The position numbers were made by a program, and so were the translations under genes. A stretch of 62,925 nucleotides of DNA from Actinomycetota bacterium (GTDB lineage Bacteria; Actinomycetota; Thermoleophilia; Solirubrobacterales; 70-9), in assembly GCA_046728015.1 (NCBI GenBank), contig JBKPDQ010000061.1:1-62925 (forward strand), given 5' to 3'. This document shows positions 1 through 8,252 of this stretch, piece after piece. How positions within the stretch are numbered: the stretch's first letter is position 1; every line of letters begins with the position of its first letter. The notes beneath the pieces were generated by a model. The model ran no database searches and was not told the origin of the DNA. It was given only the letters and a program-made list of their open reading frames with translations.

Positions 1-296
1 GACGCCGGCGATCCCGCCGCCAGAGGAGACCCGGGCGCGCGCGGGCGCCTGGCCGAGCTCGGTCGGAGTCCGTTGAGCGTGATCGGCGGCCGCGCCGCCG
101 CCGCTCTGGCTCGAATCGGACGAGCTCGCCCGATCGCCGCCGAGCCCGCTCACGGACGGGCCGGGGGCGACGCGCTCGCCGTCGCCGGGACCACGAGCGC
201 GCAGACCGCCAGCCCGAGGACCAGGGGGCGATGCCACGCGCCCGGCCTCGGCCGGTTGGTGGTGATGGTGATGATGTTGTTGGTGTGAGCCCCCAT
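1..296 (-). pseudogene. Partial, apparently frameshifted paralog (P1) of the anchored secreted proteins at 390..845 and 7368..7739; runs off the window start
   Basis: The N-terminal frame (ATG 294..296) gives a signal-like peptide, HRPLVLGLAVCALVVPATASA, with high GC3, then stops at 150..152. The +1 frame continues open to position 1 and contains SDSSQSG and QRTPTELGQA, matching YDSSQPG and QWTPTELGQA in P2. The frame switch lies near the G5 run at 163..167. Confidence 0.4.
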
Positions 297-389
297 TGTG
301 GGCCCCCTCCCCCATTGTGGGCCTCCTGGTTGTCGTGGCCCCGGGCCAGGCCCCCGATGAAGCGAAGCCTCGGCGCCAGTTGTCATCGC

Positions 390-845
390 CTACGCGACCG
401 ACCGGCGAGGCCGGTGGCCGGCGGCGAGCGCCGCGCCGGCGGCGATCGCGATTAGGGCGAGCATCGCGCTCGCGCCGATCGCGGCGTCGCCCCAGTCGAA
501 TCGTGCTTCCGCCTTGGCCGGCGGCGCGCCGTTCACCCAGGCGACGAAGGGCACCGCCGCGGAACCGTCGCGAATCACAGTGCCCGCGGCGTAGCCGCCG
601 CCCGAGGTCCCGGGCTGCCGTTGATCCTGGCCGCTCCGCCTTTCGCCGGGTTCGCCGACGGCCTGCCCGAGCTCGGTCGGGGTCCACTGGCCGACCGGCG
701 ATCCGACCGAGCCGATGCCGGGCTGGCTCGAATCGTACGGGCCGACGAACTGGCCCGGTTCCGCGGATGCCGCGGGTGCGGCGATCGCGCCGACGAGGCA
801 GGTGACCGCAACGCCGCGTCGCAGTATGCGTTGGTTGACGTTCAT
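390..845 (-). CDS. Secreted protein with C-terminal membrane anchor (P2), unknown family
   Basis: AGGAG sits 5 nt upstream of the ATG at 843..845. Signal peptide RRGVAVTCLVGAIAAPAASA. The C-terminus is FDWGDAAIGA, a hydrophobic helix, then HRPRR. Paralogous to 7368..7739. Confidence 0.65.
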   Translation of the reverse strand: MNVNQRILRRGVAVTCLVGAIAAPAASAEPGQFVGPYDSSQPGIGSVGSPVGQWTPTELGQAVGEPGERRSGQDQRQPGTSGGGYAAGTVIRDGSAAVPFVAWVNGAPPAKAEARFDWGDAAIGASAMLALIAIAAGAALAAGHRPRRSVA

Positions 846-993
846 GTCCGCTCCTCTCAGTGGGGACCGCCCCAACGCGGTCCGTCGCCTGGCAGCCTCG
901 ATCGCAGCGGCAAACGCTCGGCTGAGATCGGTTTGCAAACCGGCAAATGGCCCGCTCGGCGGTGGTAGCGTCACCTGGGAGCCGGGTCCGATC

Positions 994-2595
994 ATGGAAT
1001 TCCGCATTCTTGGCTCGCTCGAGGTCCTGGCCGACGGGCGTGAGGTGCCGCTCGGGGGTGCTAGGCAGCGTGCGGTGCTCGCAGTCCTGCTGCTTCACCG
1101 CGGCGAGGTCGTCCCGGTTGACCGCATCGCCGAGGAGCTGTGGGGCGAACGCCCGCCCGAGACCGCGATCAAGACGGTGCAGGTGTATGTCTCTCGCCTG
1201 CGCAAGGTGCTCCCGCAGGATGTGCTGGCGACCAGATCGCCCGGCTATGTCCTCGGGATTTCGCCCGACGAGCTCGATCTGGACCGTTTCGAGCGGCTGG
1301 TGGACGAGGGGAGGAGCTTGCTTGCCCGCGGCCAACCGGCCGACGCATCCGAGCGGCTACGCGACGCGCTGTCGCTGTGGAGGGGCCCGGCGCTCGCGGA
1401 CTTCGCCTACGAGAGCTTCGCCCAGACCGCGATCGCCCGGCTCGAGGAGATCAGGCTGGCGGCAGTCGAGCTCCGGATCGACGCCGACCTCGCACTCGGG
1501 CGCCACGACGAGCTGGTCGGAGAGCTCGAGGCACTCGTCGCCGAGCACCCGCTCCGCGAACGCCTGAGGAGGCACCTGATGACGGCGCTCTACCGGTCTG
1601 GTCGGCAGGCGGAGGCCCTGGACGCCTACAGGGATGCGCGCCGGACCCTCGTCGACGAGCTCGGGATCGAACCGAGTGCTGCGCTCCAGGAGCTGGAGCG
1701 GGCGATCCTTCGGCAGGAGCCGGCGTTGAACCCCCCTCCGGCGGCACCCGCCTCTCTCGGCGAGGCTGGGGAGCGGTCGATTCTCGTCGCGATCACGGAC
1801 GAGGCGCGCGTTGACGCGCTGCTCGCGGTGGCCGAGCCGCTTGTGCGAGACCCGCCTCGCATCATGATCCTGGCCCGGCTCGTGTCGGACGCGGCCGAGC
1901 TTCGCTCCGCGTCAGCCTGGCTCGAAGAGCGCCGGTCCGCACTCGAAGCGCGCGGTGTTACAGCCCGTTCGGCCTCGTTCACGTCGACGGCGCCGGGTGA
2001 GGAACTCGTTCGGCTCGCCGCCGAGCTCGACGTCGATCTCTTGCTCGCCGACACACCCGATGAGCTCCTGGTTCAGGGAGCTCCCGACGAACGGCACGCC
2101 GTCGTGCTCGCGGAGGCGCCCTGCGACGTGGCGCTGCTCGTTCCTCGGGACGCAACGCCCGAGGGCCCCGTCCTCGTCCCGTTCGGCGGGGCCGAGCACG
2201 ACTGGGCGGCGGTCGAGCTCGGAGCCTGGCTCGCGCGCGCCGAGCATCTGTCGCTTCGGCTCGCAGGTGCCGCCGCGGTGCCGGAGCGCGGCAGGCGCGA
2301 CGCGAGCCGCCTGCTCTCGCACGGCGCGCTCGCGGTCCAGCGGGTCGTAGGCATCTCGGCCGAGCCGCTGCTGGCTCCGCCGGGCGAAGAGGGCATGCTG
2401 GAGGCGAGCCGCGACGCCGGTCTCCTCGTCGTTGGGCTGTCGACGAGGTGGCACCGCGAGGGCCTTGGCCCGGCCCGCCTCAGACTCGCGAGGGAGGCCA
2501 TCCCGCCAACGCTGCTCGTCCGGCGGGGGCTGCGCCCCGGCGGCCTCGCTCCGCCGCCCGCGCTCACGCGCTTCACCTGGTCGATTCGCCCTTGA
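994..2595 (+). CDS. SARP/AfsR-family transcriptional regulator (OmpR-type wHTH plus BTAD) fused to a C-terminal tandem USP-like region
   Basis: N-terminus MEFRILGSLEVLADGREVPLGGARQRAVLAVLLL..VYVSRLRKVL. The BTAD helices (LDLDRFERL..LSLWRGPALADF..ALDAYRDARRTLVDELGIEPS) are typical SARP. The C-terminal half has two ILVA/VLVPFGG.. modules resembling universal stress protein folds; that part is inference. Confidence 0.8.
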   Translation: MEFRILGSLEVLADGREVPLGGARQRAVLAVLLLHRGEVVPVDRIAEELWGERPPETAIKTVQVYVSRLRKVLPQDVLATRSPGYVLGISPDELDLDRFERLVDEGRSLLARGQPADASERLRDALSLWRGPALADFAYESFAQTAIARLEEIRLAAVELRIDADLALGRHDELVGELEALVAEHPLRERLRRHLMTALYRSGRQAEALDAYRDARRTLVDELGIEPSAALQELERAILRQEPALNPPPAAPASLGEAGERSILVAITDEARVDALLAVAEPLVRDPPRIMILARLVSDAAELRSASAWLEERRSALEARGVTARSASFTSTAPGEELVRLAAELDVDLLLADTPDELLVQGAPDERHAVVLAEAPCDVALLVPRDATPEGPVLVPFGGAEHDWAAVELGAWLARAEHLSLRLAGAAAVPERGRRDASRLLSHGALAVQRVVGISAEPLLAPPGEEGMLEASRDAGLLVVGLSTRWHREGLGPARLRLAREAIPPTLLVRRGLRPGGLAPPPALTRFTWSIRP

Positions 2596-2602
2596 ACCGG
2601 GC

Positions 2603-5600
2603 TCAGGGCGCGCAAGCCGGCTCGTACGACCGCCCTGGGAGGAACTCCTCCCACTCCTCGGGCGTCAGCGTGCGGTTCGCGAGCGCGCAGGCACGCTCCG
2701 CCCACGACTCCGGGTCGACGTCCCAGACTGCTCCACGGCCGTCTGCGGCGGTCATCAACAGCTCGCGTCCGTCCGGGGACAGGTCGATCTCTGCCCGGCG
2801 GCTCCCGGCCGTGAGCGTCGGTCCGATCCGGGCTCCGGTGGCGACGTCCCAGAGCGACGCGACGGGCTCGAAGCCGGAGACGGCGAGGGTTCGGCCGTCG
2901 GGGCTGAAGTCGAGCGTAAACGCGCCGGCGCTGCCCTGGTCGAGCTCGCGGATGAGCTTCCCGGTACGGACGTCCCAGACGCGCACGATCGGGTCGTCCA
3001 ACCCGCCCGTCGCTAGCACTCGGCCGTCGGGACTGAACGCGATCGCCGTGAACACAGATACGCCGCCGGACTTGCGGAGTTCAGTGCCCACTGGCAGCTT
3101 GGCGATCCGCGAGCGCTGCGCAGCGTCCCAGACCTCCGCTGTTCCTCCGTTCTCGTGGACGAACGCAAGAGTCGATCCGGTCGGGCCGAAAGCGACGTCT
3201 CCTGCGGGCACGCCGAGGGCAATCGTGCCGAGCGCTTCTCCGGTTGCGACGTCCCAGAGATCCACGCCTTCGGGGCCGGCCGTGGCCAGGACCGTGCCGT
3301 CGGCGCTGAAGCTGACGCCCACGACCACTCCCGGTCCGACCGGGAGCCGTCGCAGGAGCGACTGGCTCTCGACATCCCAGAGCGTTGCCTCACCCCCGAC
3401 GGTCCCGGCGGCTAGCGTTCGCCCGTCCGGAGCGAAGGCGAGTGCATAGACCAACCCGCCCGTCTCCAAGAGGGGCCGGCCGATCGGGGTCAGGTCCGTC
3501 GCATCCCAGAGGCGGATGCCCTCCCCCTTGAGACCGAGCGCAAGGAGCCGCCCATCCGGGCTAAAGCTCCCGGGGTGCCCGTCATAACCCGCGCGGTTCG
3601 CGAGCGCGGCATGCGTGAAGGTGAAGTGCCGTTCGAGGCCGCGCTCGCCCGCGATGTCCCAGGCGATCGCAGTCCCGTCGTGACTCACGGTGTAGAGCGT
3701 CTCCCCGTCGGGGCTGAAGACCGGCTGTTGGACGGAGCGCGAGTGGCCGCGCAGCATCTCGCGGAGCGTCCCCGACCCGACATCCCAGAGCGCCACGGTA
3801 CCGTCCAGGCTCGTCGAGACCACGGTTTCGCCGTCGGGGCTGAAGAGCAGCCAGCTCGGGTCCCCGTCGAGCTGGCCGGTCGCCGTCCGCACAGCTCCGC
3901 TGCGAGTGTCGACCAGCTGGATGCCCCGCTCGATGCCGACGGCGATGGTGCCCGCGTCCGGGCTCACCGCGAGCGCATGGTGGCCGGCGCCGATCTCAAG
4001 TCGCCTGGTCGGCGCGCGACTCCGGAGCTCCCACCAGACGAGCTCGTGCTCGTCCGTCGCGATGACGAGCGAGCGGCCGTCGGGCATGAGCGCGAACCCG
4101 GGCGGTTCGAAATAGGAACCGACGTAGGCGCCGGCAAAGTGGTCCGGCTCGATCGGTGGGCCGGTCGCCGCCAGGGTAGTGGCGTCGAGCACGGTCATCG
4201 AAACGGCTAGCGAGAGGAAGTCCGCGACGACGGCGACTACGAGCTGCGATCCGTCTTTCGTGAAGGCTATGCGGCTTACAAAGCCGCGATTGGCGACACG
4301 CGCGGCCGCCAGGTTGGCTCGGGTACGCGCGTCGATCAGGCGTATTCGGTGCCCCGACCCGACAGCAACCGTTTCACCGTCGGGGCTGTACGCGACGCTC
4401 TCGGCCTCGCCCCTCACCGGCAGCGGCTCGCCGATCCGCTCGTACGTCCGGGCGTCGAAGAAGAGGAGCCCGGCGTCTAAATCGGCGACTGCAAGCGTCC
4501 TTCCGTCCGGGCTGACCGCGATCCCGTGAAGGATGTCGGACTCGCCGTGCATGACTCCCGTCACTGCCGGGGCGCGCAGGAGGTCGGAGAGCAGGTAACT
4601 GCGCGTCTGCGGTGAGTCGTCGACCGCGACCGCCTGGCGCGCGAGCAGGAGCGAACGGTCGAGGTCCTCCTCGACGAGCGCCTGGGCGCCGAGGCGCTGG
4701 GCCAGCTGCGCCGTCTCCGCGTCGCGCGCCTCGCCGCGCTGGACGAGCGCGAAGATGCCTCCCGCGAGAGCCGCGGCCAGCAGGACCGCGACCCCGGCGA
4801 GCAGCGCGCGCAGACGCCGGTTCGTGCGGCGCGCCCGTTTCGTCTCGTGTTCGGAGACCTCGCGGCTCTCGGTGACGAACTCGCGCTCGAGCTCGTTGAG
4901 GTCAAGCGCGTGATCGGCGCTCCAGTCGAGGGCCCCAGCGAGGCGAGCGCCGCGGTAGAGCTCGCCCTGATCGCGCCCTGCTGCATCCCATTCGGTCGCC
5001 GCCTCGGTGATGTGACGGTGAAGCCGGCGCCCTTCGGCGTCCTCCTCGATCCACTCGCGCAGGCGCGGCCATTCGCTCAGCAGCGCCTCGTGGGCGACCT
5101 CGACGAAGCCCTCGCCGACGGTGACGAGGCGGCTGTCGGCCAGCGCCGCGAGCACGTCCGCCACATCCCCGTGGCGCTCCAGGTCGAGCTCGGCGAGTGG
5201 AGCGCGGCGGCGCACCGGTATGTCGCCCTCGCCCTCGCCGACCAGGCGCAGCACGATGGCGCGCACGAGCTGCTTGCGCCCGTCGGGGATGCGAGCGTAG
5301 GTGGCCTCGGCCAGCCGCGCGACCGCACCGTGGACCCCGCCGGACTCGCGGTAGGCAGCCAGGGCGAGCGCATTGTCTTGCCGCTTCTGCCAGAGCTCGA
5401 GCAGCGCGGTGGACAGCAACGGCAGTGCGCCCGGCTCGCCCTCCACGTCGTCGACGAGCGCGTCGGCCAGCTCCGGCTCCACGCGCAGCCCCACCCGGCC
5501 GGCCGGCAACTCAACCACTCGTCGCAGCTCCGAGGCCTGCATGGGCCCGACCGGCACCTGGTTCGCACCCAGCAGCTCGGCAAGTCGCGGGTAGGCGGCG

Positions 5601-7111
5601 AACCGCCCGTAGAAGTCGGACCGCAGCGCGACGACAACGACCACCCGGCCCTCCGGGTCAGCGGCCGCGCGAGCAAGGGTGTCGGCGAACGCAGCACGCT
5701 CGGCTTCGGAGCGGCAGGCGGTGAACAGCTCCTCGAGCTGGTCGACGGCGAGGAGGAGGCGCTCGTTGGCGGGCAGCGCGTCGAGGGCCTCGACCAGAGG
5801 GTCTTCCGCTCCCGAGACGAGCGCGCGGCGAAGCTCGTCCAGCGGCCGCTCGCCCGGGCGCAGCAGCAAACGGCGCCATCGCTCGCTGCCCGGCAGGACC
5901 CCTCCTGAGAGGGCGGGGAGCAGACCCGCGCGGAGGACCGACGACTTGCCGCTGCCCGACGGCCCGACGATGCCCAGGAAGCCAACGCCGACGACGTGGG
6001 CGACGAGCTCGGCAACGACCCGCTCGCGGCCGAAGAAATAGTCGGCATCCGCCGGCTCGAAGCTCGCGAGACCCTTGAACGGGCAGATCCCCTCAGCGGA
6101 CACGCGGGCCGGGGTCTCCTGGCCCGCGAGAGCCCGCGCCTGCTCGCGCACTACCTGAAGGTCGATCACCTTGCCGGCCAGCTCGGCCTCGGCCTCGCTC
6201 AGGTCGCTCCTGCCGCCGGCGGCGCGGGAGGCGACATCGACGAGCAGGCGGCTTGCCTCGTCGACCGCGACCGCGAGCCCCGCCTTGGCGAGCTCTCGGC
6301 AGTTCGGGTAGCGGCGCTCTGGATCCTTGGCCAGCGCCCGCGCGATCACGGCGTCGAGCGCCGCCGGCAGCTCCGGCCGTTGTGCGCTCGGCGCCGGCGG
6401 CTCAGCTTCGAGGTGCGCGAACACGACCGCGATGTCCGAGTCACCCCGAAACGGGCGCTGCCCGACGAGACACTCGTAGAGCACGCAGCCGAGCGAATAG
6501 ACGTCCGCCCGCCCGTCGATCGTCTCACCGGCGATCTGCTCGGGAGCGACGTAGTCGATGGTGCCCATCAGGTGGCCGTCTTCGCCGATTCCGCTCTCCT
6601 CGGAGACCCGCCTCGTGAGGCCGAAGTCCGCCAGGTAGACGTGGTCGGAACCGTCGGGGCGGGCGCCCGGGTCGAGGAGCACGTTGGAGGGTTTGACGTC
6701 GCGATGCACGAGGCCGCGCGCGTGTGCCGCATCGAGGGCACTCGCCATCTGGGCGAGGAGGCCCGCCGCCTCCCGCGGTTCCAAACAAACGCGTTGCAGG
6801 CGCTCTTTCAGGTCACGCCCCTCGACGTAGCGCATGGCGATGAAGAGGAGGCTCCCGGTCGTCCCCGCTTCGTAGATCGGGACGATGTTCGGATGGTCGA
6901 TCGAGGCGGCCAGCTCCGACTCGCGCAGGAAGCGGTCACGGAACGATTCGTCTTCGGCGAGGCCGGCAGCGAGCAGCTTGAGCGCGACCTTCCGCTTGAG
7001 CCGCAGATCCTCGGCCAGGTAGACGACGCTCATGCCGCCGCGGCCCAGCAGCGAGTCGATCCGATAGCCGGCAAGCTCGGTGCCGACCTGCGGGTCATCC
7101 CTCACTTGCAC
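2603..7111 (-). CDS. Multidomain Ser/Thr protein kinase - STAND P-loop NTPase - TM helix - WD40 beta-propeller protein
   Basis: Kinase motifs HRDVKPSNVLL, ADFG and VAPEQ. Walker [10 protein letters not shown] follows FFGRERVVAEL (nSTAND-like). Hydrophobic segment LLAGVAVLLAAALAGGIFALV. Many SPDG..D..LWD WD40-type repeats run to the C-terminus. GTG start at 7111 or 7105. Confidence 0.9.
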   Translation of the reverse strand: MQVRDDPQVGTELAGYRIDSLLGRGGMSVVYLAEDLRLKRKVALKLLAAGLAEDESFRDRFLRESELAASIDHPNIVPIYEAGTTGSLLFIAMRYVEGRDLKERLQRVCLEPREAAGLLAQMASALDAAHARGLVHRDVKPSNVLLDPGARPDGSDHVYLADFGLTRRVSEESGIGEDGHLMGTIDYVAPEQIAGETIDGRADVYSLGCVLYECLVGQRPFRGDSDIAVVFAHLEAEPPAPSAQRPELPAALDAVIARALAKDPERRYPNCRELAKAGLAVAVDEASRLLVDVASRAAGGRSDLSEAEAELAGKVIDLQVVREQARALAGQETPARVSAEGICPFKGLASFEPADADYFFGRERVVAELVAHVVGVGFLGIVGPSGSGKSSVLRAGLLPALSGGVLPGSERWRRLLLRPGERPLDELRRALVSGAEDPLVEALDALPANERLLLAVDQLEELFTACRSEAERAAFADTLARAAADPEGRVVVVVALRSDFYGRFAAYPRLAELLGANQVPVGPMQASELRRVVELPAGRVGLRVEPELADALVDDVEGEPGALPLLSTALLELWQKRQDNALALAAYRESGGVHGAVARLAEATYARIPDGRKQLVRAIVLRLVGEGEGDIPVRRRAPLAELDLERHGDVADVLAALADSRLVTVGEGFVEVAHEALLSEWPRLREWIEEDAEGRRLHRHITEAATEWDAAGRDQGELYRGARLAGALDWSADHALDLNELEREFVTESREVSEHETKRARRTNRRLRALLAGVAVLLAAALAGGIFALVQRGEARDAETAQLAQRLGAQALVEEDLDRSLLLARQAVAVDDSPQTRSYLLSDLLRAPAVTGVMHGESDILHGIAVSPDGRTLAVADLDAGLLFFDARTYERIGEPLPVRGEAESVAYSPDGETVAVGSGHRIRLIDARTRANLAAARVANRGFVSRIAFTKDGSQLVVAVVADFLSLAVSMTVLDATTLAATGPPIEPDHFAGAYVGSYFEPPGFALMPDGRSLVIATDEHELVWWELRSRAPTRRLEIGAGHHALAVSPDAGTIAVGIERGIQLVDTRSGAVRTATGQLDGDPSWLLFSPDGETVVSTSLDGTVALWDVGSGTLREMLRGHSRSVQQPVFSPDGETLYTVSHDGTAIAWDIAGERGLERHFTFTHAALANRAGYDGHPGSFSPDGRLLALGLKGEGIRLWDATDLTPIGRPLLETGGLVYALAFAPDGRTLAAGTVGGEATLWDVESQSLLRRLPVGPGVVVGVSFSADGTVLATAGPEGVDLWDVATGEALGTIALGVPAGDVAFGPTGSTLAFVHENGGTAEVWDAAQRSRIAKLPVGTELRKSGGVSVFTAIAFSPDGRVLATGGLDDPIVRVWDVRTGKLIRELDQGSAGAFTLDFSPDGRTLAVSGFEPVASLWDVATGARIGPTLTAGSRRAEIDLSPDGRELLMTAADGRGAVWDVDPESWAERACALANRTLTPEEWEEFLPGRSYEPACAP

Positions 7112-7239
7112 GTGCGCGTCCTCGCTTTCGGCGGCCTTCAGGAACGATAGGGGGACTCGGGAGGATCTGTACAGGCCCGGGTTGCGGCACGGTTTCAGAC
7201 TGGTAACGCTGCCGGCCTAAACGCCTGCCAAACGTCAAC

Positions 7240-7277
7240 GCCCAGAACCAGGATTCGAACCTGGGGCCTAACTGGGG
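7240..7277 (-). other. tRNA-like T-arm/acceptor fragment (minihelix); not a complete tRNA
   Basis: The minus strand reads CCAGG-TTCGAAT-CCTGG, a canonical T-arm, followed by TTCTGGG. A CCCAG 6 nt upstream can pair with CTGGG. No D-arm, anticodon arm or matching 5' acceptor strand could be found. Confidence 0.3.
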
Positions 7278-7302
7278 TTCCGAGCCTCTTCGATCGTGAC
7301 GA

Positions 7303-7328
7303 GGAGAGACCGGTGGACCGGTCTCTCC
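7303..7328 (-). terminator. Perfect 11-bp GC-rich hairpin downstream of the 7368..7739 gene
   Basis: GGAGAGACCGG-TGGA-CCGGTCTCTCC lies 40 nt after the stop codon. There is no U-tract, which is common in high-GC genomes. Confidence 0.5.
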
Positions 7329-7367
7329 AAGTCGTGGGTGTCGCTCGAGGCGGCGACCCGTCGTACG

Positions 7368-7739
7368 TCAGCTCACGCTCGGGGCAACACGCCTGCGGTG
7401 GTGAATCGCAAGCCCGGTCGCGCCCAACAGCGCCACGATGCCGAGGATGGTGCCGGCGCCGATCGCCGCATCGCCCCAGTCGAAGTCGCCGCTTGCAGCA
7501 GCGGCCGACGAAGTGCCGCTCACGTCGGCGACAAATGGAACCGCCCGGGATCCGTCCCGGCGCACCACGACCGCGCTCTCGCGCGTGGTCGGCGGCGTCG
7601 AAGCGGAAGCTGGTCCCGCGGGATCGTCCCCCGTGGTCGAGTAGCCAGCCGCGGCGCCCGGAATCGCGAGGGCAATCGCAGCCAGCCCAACGGCCAGGGC
7701 ACTGACGACACGCGGCTTTGATCGTGTGATCCCACTCAC
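7368..7739 (-). CDS. Secreted protein with C-terminal membrane anchor (P3), paralog of 390..845
   Basis: Signal-like KPRVVSALAVGLAAIALAIPGAAAG. AVPFVADV and FDWGDAAIGA, then a TM helix and HHRRR, as in P2. The start is uncertain: GTG 7739 is chosen because ATG 7832 would overlap the divergent gene at 7816. Confidence 0.6.
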   Translation of the reverse strand: MSGITRSKPRVVSALAVGLAAIALAIPGAAAGYSTTGDDPAGPASASTPPTTRESAVVVRRDGSRAVPFVADVSGTSSAAAASGDFDWGDAAIGAGTILGIVALLGATGLAIHHRRRVAPSVS

Positions 7740-7815
7740 CGACCGGCAGACGCGGGAGACCGGGACGCGTTTCGAGCGCGCCCTCGCCTTGCGTCGAGCC
7801 CATAGCCTGCGGACG

Positions 7816-8211
7816 ATGTCGCAGGAGAACATCGAGCGCTCACGGCGGCTGCTCGAAGCCGTTGGACGCGCGGACTACGACACGGCGCTGGAGCTCGTCC
7901 ATCCCCAGGTCGAGCTCGTCCCGCCCGGTTCGCAGGCGCCGCACCTCGGCGCCGGACGGTTTCGGGCCTGGATGGAGCCGGATGCGTTCGCGGAGCAGGT
8001 GATCCGGCCGCTCGACTGGCTCGTCGGCGAAGGCGGAAAGGTCCTCAGCAGGCAGCACGTCAAGGCCCGCGGTGCCGGCAGCGGCATCGAGCTCGAGGTC
8101 AAGTCCTTCACCGTCTTCAGCTTCGACGAGGACGGCCTGATCACTCGCGTCGAGATCTTCCTGCCCCACGAGGAAGCCCAGGCCCGAGCGGCCGCCGGCC
8201 TCCCCGACTAG
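7816..8211 (+). CDS. SnoaL/NTF2-like fold small protein
   Basis: 131 aa, MSQENIERSRRLLEAVGRADYDTALELVHPQVELV.., ending FDEDGLITRVEIF. This is typical of ketosteroid-isomerase-like (SnoaL_2) proteins. Confidence 0.55.
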   Translation: MSQENIERSRRLLEAVGRADYDTALELVHPQVELVPPGSQAPHLGAGRFRAWMEPDAFAEQVIRPLDWLVGEGGKVLSRQHVKARGAGSGIELEVKSFTVFSFDEDGLITRVEIFLPHEEAQARAAAGLPD

Positions 8212-8252
8212 CCGGGGCGGCCCCGCGACGCGGCCCCGGATGGGACTCGCGC

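Noticed and set aside
153-315. His6-containing reading frame (MGEGAHNGGSHQQHHHHHHQP..) with perfect AGGAGG as the true N-terminus of P1.
   Set aside because: Third-position GC is low across codons 25-45 of this frame. The alternative frame has high GC3 and a signal peptide homologous to P2/P3. It is retained only as a curiosity in the findings.
296-805. Many long ORFs in the track with extremely Arg/Pro/Gly/Ala-rich translations, overlapping or antisense to recognisable genes. Examples: 296..805, 8530..10287, 19349..21106, 21695..23665, 42763..44946, 28882..30006, 55462..57249, 55622..56821.
   Set aside because: These are typical spurious open frames of ~70% GC DNA. They have no motifs and low-complexity composition, and each is fully explained by a well-supported gene in another frame or strand.
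7195-7345. Attempt to fold a complete tRNA (including tRNA-Sec or long-variable-arm types) around the TTCGAAT T-loop.
   Set aside because: There is no complementary 5' acceptor strand, no D-arm and no 7-nt anticodon loop with U33. The nearby 11-bp hairpin has a 4-nt loop and fits a terminator better.
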